A DNA stretch of 64,000 bases from an uncultured Methanomicrobiales archaeon (GTDB lineage Archaea; Halobacteriota; Methanomicrobia; Methanomicrobiales; JACTUA01): the NCBI GenBank assembly GCA_963712215.1, contig CAVQHA010000003.1:62675-126674 (forward strand), written 5' to 3'. Of the stretch, positions 32,301-41,814 are shown piece by piece (position 1 is the first letter of the stretch; each line of letters begins with the position of its first letter). The notes under the pieces were generated by a model. It did not search any database. It was not told the origin of the DNA and saw only the letters and a list, made by a program, of their open reading frames with translations. The position numbers and the translations under genes are program-made.

Positions 32301-32434
32301 ATGTCGTGCTTTACTTCAACAACATGGAGTGGATGGCAGACCCGGCGAACGAGCCGACCTGTGCGTTCGATACCAACGGGAACGGAAGGATCGATTTTGC
32401 GGATGTCGTGAACCTGTACCAGGGGGTGCAGTGA
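29387..32434 (+). CDS. secreted NHL beta-propeller + PKD + C13 (legumain-like) peptidase + C-terminal dockerin-like domain
   Basis: Signal peptide; six WGS.G...GQF..P.G.AVD repeats; PKD (VRFTDTSTG..DFGDG); LISGG..NYVRYWND, TTNHGG (His), MEQCYGGGF (Cys); duplicated Ca-loop DLDNSGIFDVQDV / DTNGNGRIDFADV. Confidence 0.88.
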   Translation: MKSIDPRWIAVGALFALVLVQGVQAENYGFVARWGSNGSADGQFYQAYGLGVDSAGNVYVADNYNSRVQKFTSDGTFVSKFGSYGTDGGQFYYTSDVAVNSSGYIYVLDVGNYRVERFTPAGSYRGSWGSFGTGIRQFYYPTRIAIDAAGYVYVTDAQLNRTQKFTPEGGFVTQWGSTGTGNGEFGQPIGIAVDAAGYVYIADSQNNRVQKFTSGGAYVAQWGTLGTGNGQLDQPSGLDVDPAGNVFVSEYGNSRVQKFTSDGTYVTKWGSNGDGDMQFRNPLDVAATSSAVYVINPASDGVQEFAPVEGYLTVSCDVPTGPPGAVLTCHGANTYGDSPDYYTNILVTNNSPPYFTGSLPANGVRPDAFSVKSISGVGSTFVRAPVTGGVWSYSWDTSSISGGSVLPGSEYYFIAANESLNVTDARARLGTYVQYTLGIQASVHADFTFDASQGKTVRFTDTSTGLPTNVNIDFGDGDVAGVTPGGTVTHSYKSQGEEFTATLTAGNSLGSDSMTKDIVALAVTRDDAYAAVLHDPAILGDDITGKSISASLNPLPAGSSVVGWAGTFGLPNTNGWIIFVDDHPKANWEHPVRYVHVDNNNVRTVFQGTSPAKNIQMSHIAGEIPPVGGTNDVGGGYTGGYTGGGGGSASCPTMDCTHCYAVLISGGFDRDNNYVRYWNDLSAMYRTLRGTYCYPKDHIYVLMSDGNDPGLDQRTGSGATDYADSNTDLDGDGISDVNGAATKQDVIDLFAHLNGASNSPPTLGPDDNLFIFTTNHGGEDPSSDRVRLWLWGSGDQQFIWDSDFTALLANSPAKAIIMTMEQCYGGGFVDDFISSGPAGQTRVIATAADAVEPSYGNDFSFWWIDGVAGINGATGPANLPPSGNNDKLISLREGFEYAKANDPSAAAQPEPLEHPQYQDAVANAGASLGLSSCAMCPAPSHPLPDQGSVPADPKGWGFAEDLDNSGIFDVQDVVLYFNNMEWMADPANEPTCAFDTNGNGRIDFADVVNLYQGVQ

Positions 32435-32447
32435 GATGGAGGGAAAT

Positions 32448-33712
32448 ATGGCGGGAACATTGAAACAGAACCATCTGTTCAAAATCCTGGCCGTCCTGCT
32501 GGTACTGGCCGCCTGGGCCTGTGCCGTTTCCGCGAATACCCTGACCCTCGGAAGCGTGAACCTCCAGAAGGTCGGTGACCAGGGTGTCATCGATCTCTAC
32601 CTGGATACCGTGCCGCCCCACGGAGTTGCTGGCTATAGCGTCACATTCACCATTACCGACACGTCTGTTGCGGACATCGTGGGCGTGAAGTATCCGAACT
32701 GGGCCGTGCAGGGTTTCAGCTCAGGGTCGCCCGGGACAAACAACGTGAATATCAAGGTGGCTGACGTGGGGGATATCATCAATACGACAACCCCTGCGCC
32801 GGTCTATCTCGGCTCGGTACAGGTTGAAGGGCTGGCGGGAGGGACAACCGATATAACCATAACCGCCGACCAGGTGGATGCCGAAGACGGCTCTCCCGTG
32901 AACCCGGCGGTGACGAAAGGTACGATCGCCGTGCAGCTCCCCCCGGGTCCATCCAGGTAACCTGCACACCGGTAACAGGGGCCCAGATCTACGTGGATGG
33001 AGTACTGCAGGAAGGGAAGACGACCGATACAACAATCGAGAATGTCCCCGCAGGGCTCCGAAAGGTGAGAGTGACCTATTCGGGGTACGCCGACTCGCTG
33101 GAGAAGGACGTAACCGTCGAGAGCGGGAAGACCGCCACCGTCTCATTTACGCTCGTGAGGACCGGAAGCATCCGGGTTCTCTCCGTGCCGCCAGGAGCGA
33201 ACGTCATTCTGGATGGGGTACCGACAAACCAGGTAACGCCGTATACCTTCTCGAGGCTGGACCCCAACGTTGTCCACCTGGTGAGGGTTGAGATGCCGGG
33301 CTATTATGGAAAAGAGACCTCGAAGAAGACCACCCCGGGGGGCACTGTCACGGTATCCTTCACCCTCTCTCCGGCGGGGAACGATGTCGCTCCCTACGGG
33401 AATATCTCGGTCGGTTCCGTACCGGATGGAGCGGAAGTCTTCATCGATGGTGCGGATGCAGATGCCGAGACCCCCGCGAACATCGAGATGGATCCAGGCC
33501 CCCACACGGTGTCGGTCGCCCTCGCCGGCTATGGAACCCCGGCCGAACAAAGCGTGACGGTCGAGACCCATAAGACGGTCACCGTGAATTTCGACCTCGA
33601 GGGGAATCCACCGGTCCCTATTCCGGAATTCCCGACAGCCGTAGTGCCCTTTGTCTTCGTGCTGGTCATATCCCTGCTGGTCTTCTTCCTGAAGAAACAG
33701 GAAGAGAAATAA
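32448..33712 (+). CDS. cohesin-like + 3 PEGA domains + PEF-CTERM anchor (frameshift near 32948)
   Basis: Signal peptide; GVAGYSVTFTITDTSVADIVGVKYPNWA...VYLGSVQVEG..GTTDITI cohesin-like sandwich; adding one base gives GSIQVTCTPVTGAQIYVDG in frame with PEGA repeats; ends PIPEFPT + TM + KK. Confidence 0.8.
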
Positions 33713-33884
33713 CTTCCCCTTTTTCCGTCGGACCTGCTCTTACATACCGTGAGCCTGACGTGCGAACGGGACCTCCTGCAATGGAACGGGGATTCGGGCC
33801 ATCGGACGTGGAACGGCGAACCTCAGGTCGGGGCAGGGATGATGGACCGTGGGAGTGACCCTCCTGTCACAGGTGAAAAAAAAG

Positions 33885-36561
33885 TCAGGGGAACCGGTCG
33901 CGCTGCTTCTTCCGCCGGAGGCGCTGCCTTCTCCTCCCGAACAAGCCGATCCCGATGGCGAGGATCACCACCCCGGCAACGAGAGGATAGCGGATCACCT
34001 GGTTCCCGGTCCAGAGTATCAGCCCTGAGAAGATGGACATCGCTGTAGGTGGCGGAGAGGGTCGCACCGTGGGCGCTGGCGCGGCCGGGACGGTGCCAGC
34101 GCCGGTTGTCGCCGGAGGTACCGACCCCTTCGCAAAGAGAGCGAAAGTGCAGAAATGGGATACGTCCGCGGTCACTGTTGCGGACTGCGGATGGTAAACC
34201 GTCGGAAGATCCAGCCAGGTGTTGGTGGATTCGTCCATGGTCCGGACGGTAAATTCCTGCCCCTCCATTCCCTGGGGAACGGTGAAGGTGAGCGTTACTG
34301 CCGGCGAGAATGTCGCACCGTCCGGCCCGAGCTCGTACGCCATTCCTGCAAAGGTGAACGCACTTCCTGAGGTGTCGGCCGGAACCGCGGACGCGGCGAG
34401 CGAGGAGATGGTGACCGAACTGAGCGGGGTACCTGCCGCGTCCTTTGCGACGATGCCTTCAGGGATCGAGAGGCTGGCCTGGTTGTCCTCCGACTGAACG
34501 GCGGTCACCTCGGTGACGACACCAGCCGCATCGACAGACAGATCGGCTGTCGTCTCGGCCCCGGCCACGGCAGGAGCTGCCGGTTCCGCTGCCGGCTGGT
34601 TCTGGGCCGCGGCAACGGCGTTCGAGGCACTGGATGACGGAGCAGAACCCGAGGAGCCCGTCTGCCCGGACCCCGAACTCGCGGCGCTCTTTGCCATGTA
34701 CACGACGAACTGGAAGATGTTGTTGTCCCCCAGAAGGGAGTTCTGGTTCCCGGGGTTTATGACGGAAAGCGTCCAGTCACCGTCAGTTGCCGATGACAGG
34801 TCGAAGGTGCAGGTAATGCCTGTTGCCGAGGTCACCACCACATTGGTAGCGTCGATCGAAGTCTGCCCGGTCTTCGTGAGCACGACGGTTGCCCCGCTGG
34901 CAAAATTGGTCCCCTCGAGGGTGACATCGACAGGGCCCGTGTTGTACCCCGAATCCGGTGAAATACTGGTCACGGTGGGTATACGGGGGAGTACGGTGAA
35001 CCCGTTCACGAGTGTGCCGGACTTGCCATCCAGGTTCGTAACCGTCACATTTCTTTTCGCGTCCGCGACTCCGGTCAGGTCAAACAGGCAGGTGATGATC
35101 TTCCCTGTGGGATCGACGGACACACTGGTCGCCGTGATATCGGAGCTGGCGGTGCTGTTGACCAGTTTCACCGTGGCGCCGGTTGCAAAGCCGGTTCCGG
35201 CAAGATTACTGATGCTGACGGAACCGGTGTTGTAACCGGTCGTCGGGGTGATACTGCTCACGGTCGGAGCGGGTGCCGTGACGGTAAACCCGTTCGTGAG
35301 GGTAGCGGTCTCGCCGCCAGGATTTATTGCGGTAATGTTCCAGAGCCCTGCAGGTGTGGCGTTCAGGTCAAAGGTACAGGTTATCTTACCCGGTGAGACG
35401 GCGGTCACATTGGTGGCATTGACATAGGCATGGCCTGCCCTCGTGAGGTTCACAGCAGTCGCGCTGACGAAACCGTTCCCCGCGAGGTTGGTGATAGAGA
35501 TGAGGCCTGTGTTCATGCCGGTCGCCGGTGTGAGAGAGGTTACGGCGAGCGGGAGGGGGACAAGGGAATACCATGCATCACGGGATGCGACGGTGTTATC
35601 GAACCCGCCTATCACCCACATCTTACTATTGAAGGGAATGGAGCCATGGCCATACCGTGCGGAGAATCCGGCATGACTCGGTTGCCCTGTTCCAGCTGAT
35701 CCCATCCACCGAATACCAGGTATCGTTGAGAGGGTTCCCTCCGTTGTCGAGCCCGCCGATCACCCAGATCTTGTTATCAAAGACCACGGAGTGTGTCCGT
35801 ACCGTTCCGGGAACGCGGCGGCAGGAGTCAGCTGGTCCCAGGTGATCCCATCGCTGGAATTCCAGACATCGTTGTACACCGTCCCGCCGTTGTCATAACC
35901 GCCGATCACCCACATCATGTTATTGAAGACAACAGAGGAGTGACCTGCCCGCCCGAGGAACCCGGCCGAGGGAGTTGCCTGGCTCCAGGTGATCCCGTCG
36001 GTGGAATTCCAGACATCGTCGAATACCGTCCCCGTTTCGTCGTCCCCGCCGATCACCCATATCTTGTTGTCGAAGGCCACGGGAGCTGTGGCTCTTCCGT
36101 TTCGCGAAGTCCGCGGCGGGCGTTGCCTCGTTCCAGGTGATCCCATCGCTGGAATTCCAGACCTCGTTCACCGCCGCGAACGTATCGTCGTACCCTCCCA
36201 TCACCCACACTTTGCTCCCAAAAACAACGGAGGAATGGCCGAACCGCGGTGCCGGCAGGGTACCGGTCTTGCCCCAGGTGGTCCCATCGGCGGAACTCCA
36301 GACATCGTCGAGATAGGTGGATGTGCCGTCGTCCCCGCCGATCACCCATATCTTCTCCCCGCTCCCGTTATCGAAGGCCACGGAGCTGTGGCCATACCGT
36401 GCAGGGAAGGTGGAGGAACCGGTCGCGTTGTACCAGTCGGCACCTGTAACCGCCTGGACTGCAGGAAAACTCCCCCAGAGGAGGAGCACCGCGGTGCAGA
36501 TGAGAACGAGAGTACATGCTCGTGGATAGAGTATGAAAACAGGAACCCGGGATGCGGACAT
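33885..36561 (-). CDS. Kelch-repeat + IPT/TIG surface protein with C-terminal TM anchor (frameshifted)
   Basis: Repeats R.GHSSV.F..K.WVIGG...DVW.S.DG.TW across three ORFs; three ITCTFDL-type TIG domains; GPDGATFSPAVTLTF..VSHFCTFALF domain; TM plus Arg-rich tail. Confidence 0.85.
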
Positions 36562-36853
36562 AGGGACACCGTGTGAAGATAAAGATGAATCCTCAAATTA
36601 TTATAAATAGTTTTCTTTTTTATAAAGGCGAATTCACGTCTCCCCTGCGATTACCCTGAAAGAAGAAGAGATGCGAAAACCTGAGGCGAGCCGCAACATG
36701 GCCGGATATTTTCGTGTTTCCCCGGAGCTTCCGACCGAAGGTCATGGCCGCCAGAGGCCTCCCAAAGATGGAAAGAGAAATTTATTCCCGAACCTCCCGC
36801 GGCTCGTTCCCATCAACGGGGCCTGTCCGTGACGCAGGCTTTACGGATTTGTC

Positions 36854-37490
36854 TTATCCCAGCGTCGGGATCCGCCGGATCAGCTCCGCCCAGTCGTCGC
36901 CGGTCGCCTTCCGGATAAGCGGCTTCACCTGCGCGAAGAACGGGGGAGGCATCAGCATCTGCCAGATGCGGGTCATATTCTCGCGGTCGTCGTGACCTAT
37001 CAGGGGGAACATCCATGCAATGAGCTCCGGGAAGCGTTCTTTTGGCACGGTGCTTGACATGAGCCCCACCGCCTTACCCTGGTCGGGCACAGGAATCCGT
37101 TCCCTGACGATGCGGTACAGGTGTGCGTCCTCCTTGGCGAGGTGAATATCGAGGTGGAACTTGAATGCCGCCGACGCTCTCGCCGTTGCCAGAGCATCGC
37201 GTGCTGACACCGCAGTGTCCAGGGCTTCGAACGCCCTGTCCAGTCCACGGTGATCCCTCTCGTACGCCTCAGCTACCGAGGGTGTGACTGCCTCGACGGC
37301 TGGGAAGATGGCCAGCTCCTCTCCCTTCGCGTGCCATACCAGTACCTCGTTGAAGAACCGGAACCGCTCGACCACCGGCGCAAGCCCCGGTTTGCCCGCG
37401 TGCAGAGTCGAGCGCCGCGGCGTCTATCCCGCTCATGTCCCGCCGGAATGCGTTGTGAATAGCGAGTACTGCATCAATTGGTCCTGCCAT
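36854..37490 (-). CDS. hemerythrin/HHE domain protein, frameshift near 37390
   Basis: HNAFRRD, HAKGEE, DH, HLAKED motifs. Confidence 0.85.
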
Positions 37491-37529
37491 GGTGCAAATC
37501 CTCCGTGAAAAATTATGTCTGGTTTCCGG

Positions 37530-37933
37530 TCACTTCCACTCGTACCACTTGTCTTTGATCATCCCGTCGGGGGTGATCTCGATCTCGAAGAGGATTGCCA
37601 TGTCGTTCAGCCGCTTCAGGGCCGGCGAGGTGGTCTGCCCATACCGGGCCCCCCGCATGCTCCAGCCCGGCCCCTTCGACGGGACGCTGACTCCGGCCCC
37701 CGGAGCATCACCTTACCCCCGTCCTTCGTCATCAGGACCCCGTTGCCCTTCGAGAACATCCCGCCCTGTGGCCTCTCCATCCTCCAGAACGTGGCGAGCA
37801 GGGTCACCTCCTGGCCGAGGATCTTCCCCTTCGTCTCCATCGTGCTCTCGATCTTCGTCGGCCCGCCCCAGTGAGCGACGATCCGCTGCCCGATGATCTT
37901 TCCCGTCAGTTCCCCAAGCATCTCGCCGATCAT
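37530..37933 (-). CDS. hypothetical beta-rich protein, frameshift near 37695
   Basis: MIGEMLGELTGKIIGQR...; second frame continues SMRGARYGQTTSPALKRLN...KWYEWK to stop at 37530. Confidence 0.7.
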
Positions 37934-38019
37934 GTCGGTTTCACCGGATGGACGGATATCATGGTGACGGATAACGGTATCGACGAGTTATAAAAATTGA
38001 GAATAACTTGAATTGAATG

Positions 38020-38349
38020 TTATCTGGAAATGAGAAGACAGCTTGCTTGTGCCAGATGCCCATAACCCGCACCAGCCGTGCGGTGAATCGAAGAAAAGGA
38101 ATTGTATGATTCTTCATCGAAGACGAACCCGATGAGGACGGGGAGGTTTCCGGGCGAGTATATGAATACCGGGTTGAACCAGTGCTTTTCGCAGTACGCC
38201 CTGGCATCGTCGCTCATGAGATGCCCGGCGCATGCGCTGGTCCTGTCCACTTCGACCGTGGTTTTCCCATCGATGTTGATCTCCCGCCCGGGATAGAAGA
38301 TAACGCTCTCCGGGTTTTCCGGGATCTCAAACAGGTTCTTCTTGCTCAT
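38020..38349 (-). CDS. hypothetical protein
   Basis: 109-aa ORF with strong TATA-like tract upstream (about 38369-38384). Confidence 0.55.
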   Translation of the reverse strand: MSKKNLFEIPENPESVIFYPGREINIDGKTTVEVDRTSACAGHLMSDDARAYCEKHWFNPVFIYSPGNLPVLIGFVFDEESYNSFSSIHRTAGAGYGHLAQASCLLISR

Positions 38350-38441
38350 TGGCCCTATTTATTTTATCTTATAATATATATAAATCTAATCCCATTCTCC
38401 ATGACACAAAGTGACAGCCCATGGAGGGAATGGGAAATCTA

Positions 38442-39034
38442 TCAGAGGATATACGGGATAAGCATCTTCGTCGTTTTCTGGTACTGAACATACGCTTCGC
38501 CGAGCTCGGAGACAAGGACCCTCTCTTCCATCTCGATCCGGTAGCCGTACGCGAAGCCGGTGATGACAAGAATCACGAGGACCGCTCCCCATGACCTGAG
38601 TGCGAGGCCGACCCCGGTAATAATCAGGAGTCCTCCCGTGTATGAAGGGTGGCGTACAAGCCGGTAGGGACCGCTGTTCACCACTTTCTGACCTTTCTGG
38701 ATTCCAACAGTAGGAGAGAAGTACCTCCCGAGCACCGCTATGGACCATTGTCTGACGGCAATTCCCGCAAGCATCAGGTACCTGATCCGGCGTAGGAGAT
38801 GAAGCCCGGTAAAAGTGCAATACCGGATGCCGCGAAGGCGAAGGCAATAACGATAGAGAGAAGAATGCATCCGATGATCAGAAACGGTGAGCCCCTGTCT
38901 CTTCTCTCGATCTTTGACCCGTGGCGGCGCAGGCGGGGGATGATGCCGCCCCCGACAACCTCGCTCAGGATCCAGAGGGCAGCTGCGAGGCTGTAGAGGT
39001 TTGAGGCAAGGTCAGAGGGAAAGAGCTGGGTCAT
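38442..39034 (-). CDS. isoprenylcysteine carboxyl methyltransferase family membrane protein, frameshifted
   Basis: LGRYFS, GPYRLVRHPSYTG, RIEMEERVL, YQKTTKMLIP. Confidence 0.88.
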
Positions 39035-39155
39035 GAATCTCTTTTCAGCTTCTCCACGGTACCAGTTCTATGTTTTGGTCAGATGGGGTTGTATTCGGGA
39101 CGACTGGAATTCGGAAAAAGTGCTAAGATTGTGATTGAATGAACGGTATCCCCGT

Positions 39156-40847
39156 TCACCGGTGCCCCCAGTACGCCTCGATGAGCATCGCGTTCGCCTT
39201 CTCGATGCGGACAAACCCGATCCGCTCGAACTGCACCACTTTACCTACGTCGAGGGAGACCATCGGCTCGCAGTAGCCCATGAGATCACCGTCGGGCTTG
39301 TGAAGGATGCAGGGGATCGTGTGCTCAGGCGGGAGCCACTGGATGATGGGCGCTTTCACCTTCCGTGCCTCGTCGAGGGACTTGCCGGCGAAGGTGGCGG
39401 TGAGGCATTCCTTGTCTTTCCCGAGTGTGATGTTGAAGAGGTCCTTCAGCCGGATCATCCCGGGGCACACGAGGTCGGCCTTCGGGATGAAGACGCTCCC
39501 GTCGAAGGGAAGGCTGCGGTACCCCCGCGAGGGGTCGTTCGGGTGAAGCATGGCCTGCGCGACGAAGCCGGCGGGGGCGTCCGCGATCTCCAGGAGGACC
39601 GGGTCGGGGACGAAGGAGTACCGGTTCGCGACGGGGTCGACGACGTCGCGGTTCTTGGCATAGAGGTTCTCCCAGGAGAAGGAGATGTCCGTCTCGCCGA
39701 TACCGATCTCGAGGACCGCGTTCCTCACCGCCTCAGGGGTGATCCCCCGTCGGGCGATGGCCCGGAGGGTCCCGAGCCGGATATCGTCCCAGCCGGTGTA
39801 AAGCCCGTCCCGGATCCCGGCCTTCATCTGCGAGGTCGAGAGGACGACACCCTCGATGCCCATCTTGCCGTAGTGCCGGTAGACGGGCGGTTTCCAGCCG
39901 AAGTAATCGAAGATGTAGCGCTGGCGGGCGGTGTTCGCGATGTGGTCCTTGCCACGGATGACGTGGGTCACGCCGAGGAGGTGGTCGTCGATGGCGACCG
40001 AGAAGTTCATGAGCGGGAAGACCGTCGCCTCCACCCTCGGGTGGGGCGGGGAGGAGACGATGCGGAGTGCCGAGAAGTCCCTGACGGCCGGATCGGGGTG
40101 CCCGATATCGGTCTTCACGCGGAGGGTGACCTCACCCTCGGCATAATCGCCATTGAGCATCGCATCGAAGAGTTCGAGGTTCCTCTCGGGGGAGATCTCG
40201 CGGCAGGGGCAGGCCTTCTTCGCGAGCTTCAGCTCCCGGAACTGGTCGGCCTCGCAGGTGCAGACATAGGCCCCGCCGATCTCAATGAGCTTCCTGGCAT
40301 ACTCGTTGTAGGTGTCGAGCCGGTCGCTCTGGAAGACGATCTCGTCGATGACGAGGTCGAGCCAGGCGCAATCCTCCCGTACGGTCGTATAGGCGTCGGG
40401 GTCAACCCTTCTCGGGTCGGTGTCCTCGATCCGGAGGATGTACTTCCCGCCGTAGCGGCGGACGTATGCGTCGTTCAGGAGCGCCGCACGGGCATGGCCG
40501 AGGTGGAGCGGGCCGCTCGGGTTGGGGGCAAACCGCATCACCACGCCGTTCTCGGCGCCCTCGAGGGCGGGGAGGCCGGCCTTCACATGCTCATGCGTCT
40601 CCGAGAGTTCCTCGAGGAGCCCGGGGGCGATGAGCGCCAGCTCCTCCTTCTGCTTCTCGGGAGAGATCTTCGAGATCTCCTTCACGATCGCGCTGGTGAG
40701 CAGGGAGATCTTTCGTCCTTCCGACCGGAACTCGGGGAACTCGCCCATCACCCGGGAGATGACCGTCCCTGCCTGGGGCTTTCCCCCGTACTTCACGGCG
40801 TTCTGGAGGACGTACTTCCGGAGCAGGATATCGAGATCCTCTGTCAT
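39156..40847 (-). CDS. gltX: glutamyl-tRNA synthetase
   Basis: RFAPNPSGPLHLGH, RIEDTDP, THVIRGKDH, QFERIGF. Confidence 0.97.
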   Translation of the reverse strand: MTEDLDILLRKYVLQNAVKYGGKPQAGTVISRVMGEFPEFRSEGRKISLLTSAIVKEISKISPEKQKEELALIAPGLLEELSETHEHVKAGLPALEGAENGVVMRFAPNPSGPLHLGHARAALLNDAYVRRYGGKYILRIEDTDPRRVDPDAYTTVREDCAWLDLVIDEIVFQSDRLDTYNEYARKLIEIGGAYVCTCEADQFRELKLAKKACPCREISPERNLELFDAMLNGDYAEGEVTLRVKTDIGHPDPAVRDFSALRIVSSPPHPRVEATVFPLMNFSVAIDDHLLGVTHVIRGKDHIANTARQRYIFDYFGWKPPVYRHYGKMGIEGVVLSTSQMKAGIRDGLYTGWDDIRLGTLRAIARRGITPEAVRNAVLEIGIGETDISFSWENLYAKNRDVVDPVANRYSFVPDPVLLEIADAPAGFVAQAMLHPNDPSRGYRSLPFDGSVFIPKADLVCPGMIRLKDLFNITLGKDKECLTATFAGKSLDEARKVKAPIIQWLPPEHTIPCILHKPDGDLMGYCEPMVSLDVGKVVQFERIGFVRIEKANAMLIEAYWGHR

Positions 40848-41804
40848 CTACGAGCCCCGTTCGAGGAAGTGGTCGCCGAGGGAGACGAGGAGGCGTTTCT
40901 CCTCGCTGTCGGGGATGACCCCGAGGCACGCCTTACCGGTACCGAGGATCCGTTCCGCCGTCTCTCTCACGTCGGTGATGACCCCGGCCTCCTCCAGCTT
41001 CTTCACCACCTTCTCCACCTCGTCATCCGAGAGGGGGCCGTGCGGGAGGGAGATCCCCTTCTCCTCCGCCTTGATCGCGATGATCGTTTTCTTCCCCTCG
41101 CGGAGGTCCGATCCGCGGTCCTTGCCGCTCACCGACGAGGGGACGGTGAGGTCGATCAGGTCGTCCTGGATCTGGAACGCTATCCCCGTGGTGAGGCCGA
41201 ACTGGTAGAGGGCATCGGCCTGGACCGGCTTTGCACCCGCAAGGATGGCCCCGATGGATGCGGAGGCCGCGTAGAGTGACCCTGTCTTCTTCCTCACCAT
41301 CTCCAGGTAATCCACCTCGGAGACCTCGGACCGGTCCTCGAAGGACATGTCCAGGTGCTGGCCATTGCAGATCTCGGCGCAGGTCCGGGCGAGGAGTGAG
41401 ACCGCCCTGACCCGGGCGTTATCGGTCGCCGGTGCCCGGCAGAGGAACTCGAAGGCCTGGGCATAGAGGACGTCGCCTGCGAGGATGGCCGTCGGCTCGT
41501 CCCAGAGGGTGTGGACCGTGGGGACCCCCCTCCGCTCCGCGTCCTGGTCCATGATATCGTCGTGGATGAGGGTGAAGGAATGGATGAGCTCGACGGCGAG
41601 GGCGGCGGGCATGAGCTCGAAGGCCGCCCCCTTCTTCACGGTATCGGCGGCGAGGAAGAGCATCGCGGGCCGGAGCCGCTTCCCGCCCGCCGTGAGGAGG
41701 TGCGCGGAGGCCTTCGCGAGCTCGCCATAGGGGGTTCCGAAGTAGCGGTGGATCGCGAGGTCCACGTCACCTGCCACGTCTGCAAGGTACTCGGAGAGTT
41801 CCAT
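40848..41804 (-). CDS. idsA: geranylgeranyl diphosphate synthase (short-chain polyprenyl synthase)
   Basis: GGKRLRP, LIHDDIMD, KKTG, FQIQDD. Confidence 0.93.
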   Translation of the reverse strand: MELSEYLADVAGDVDLAIHRYFGTPYGELAKASAHLLTAGGKRLRPAMLFLAADTVKKGAAFELMPAALAVELIHSFTLIHDDIMDQDAERRGVPTVHTLWDEPTAILAGDVLYAQAFEFLCRAPATDNARVRAVSLLARTCAEICNGQHLDMSFEDRSEVSEVDYLEMVRKKTGSLYAASASIGAILAGAKPVQADALYQFGLTTGIAFQIQDDLIDLTVPSSVSGKDRGSDLREGKKTIIAIKAEEKGISLPHGPLSDDEVEKVVKKLEEAGVITDVRETAERILGTGKACLGVIPDSEEKRLLVSLGDHFLERGS

Positions 41805-41814
41805 CGCTCCCACC

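Noticed and set aside
33755-33825. Short GAACGG / GACGTG..GAACGG repeats between convergent genes
   Set aside because: Too short and irregular to support a repeat element or binding-site array
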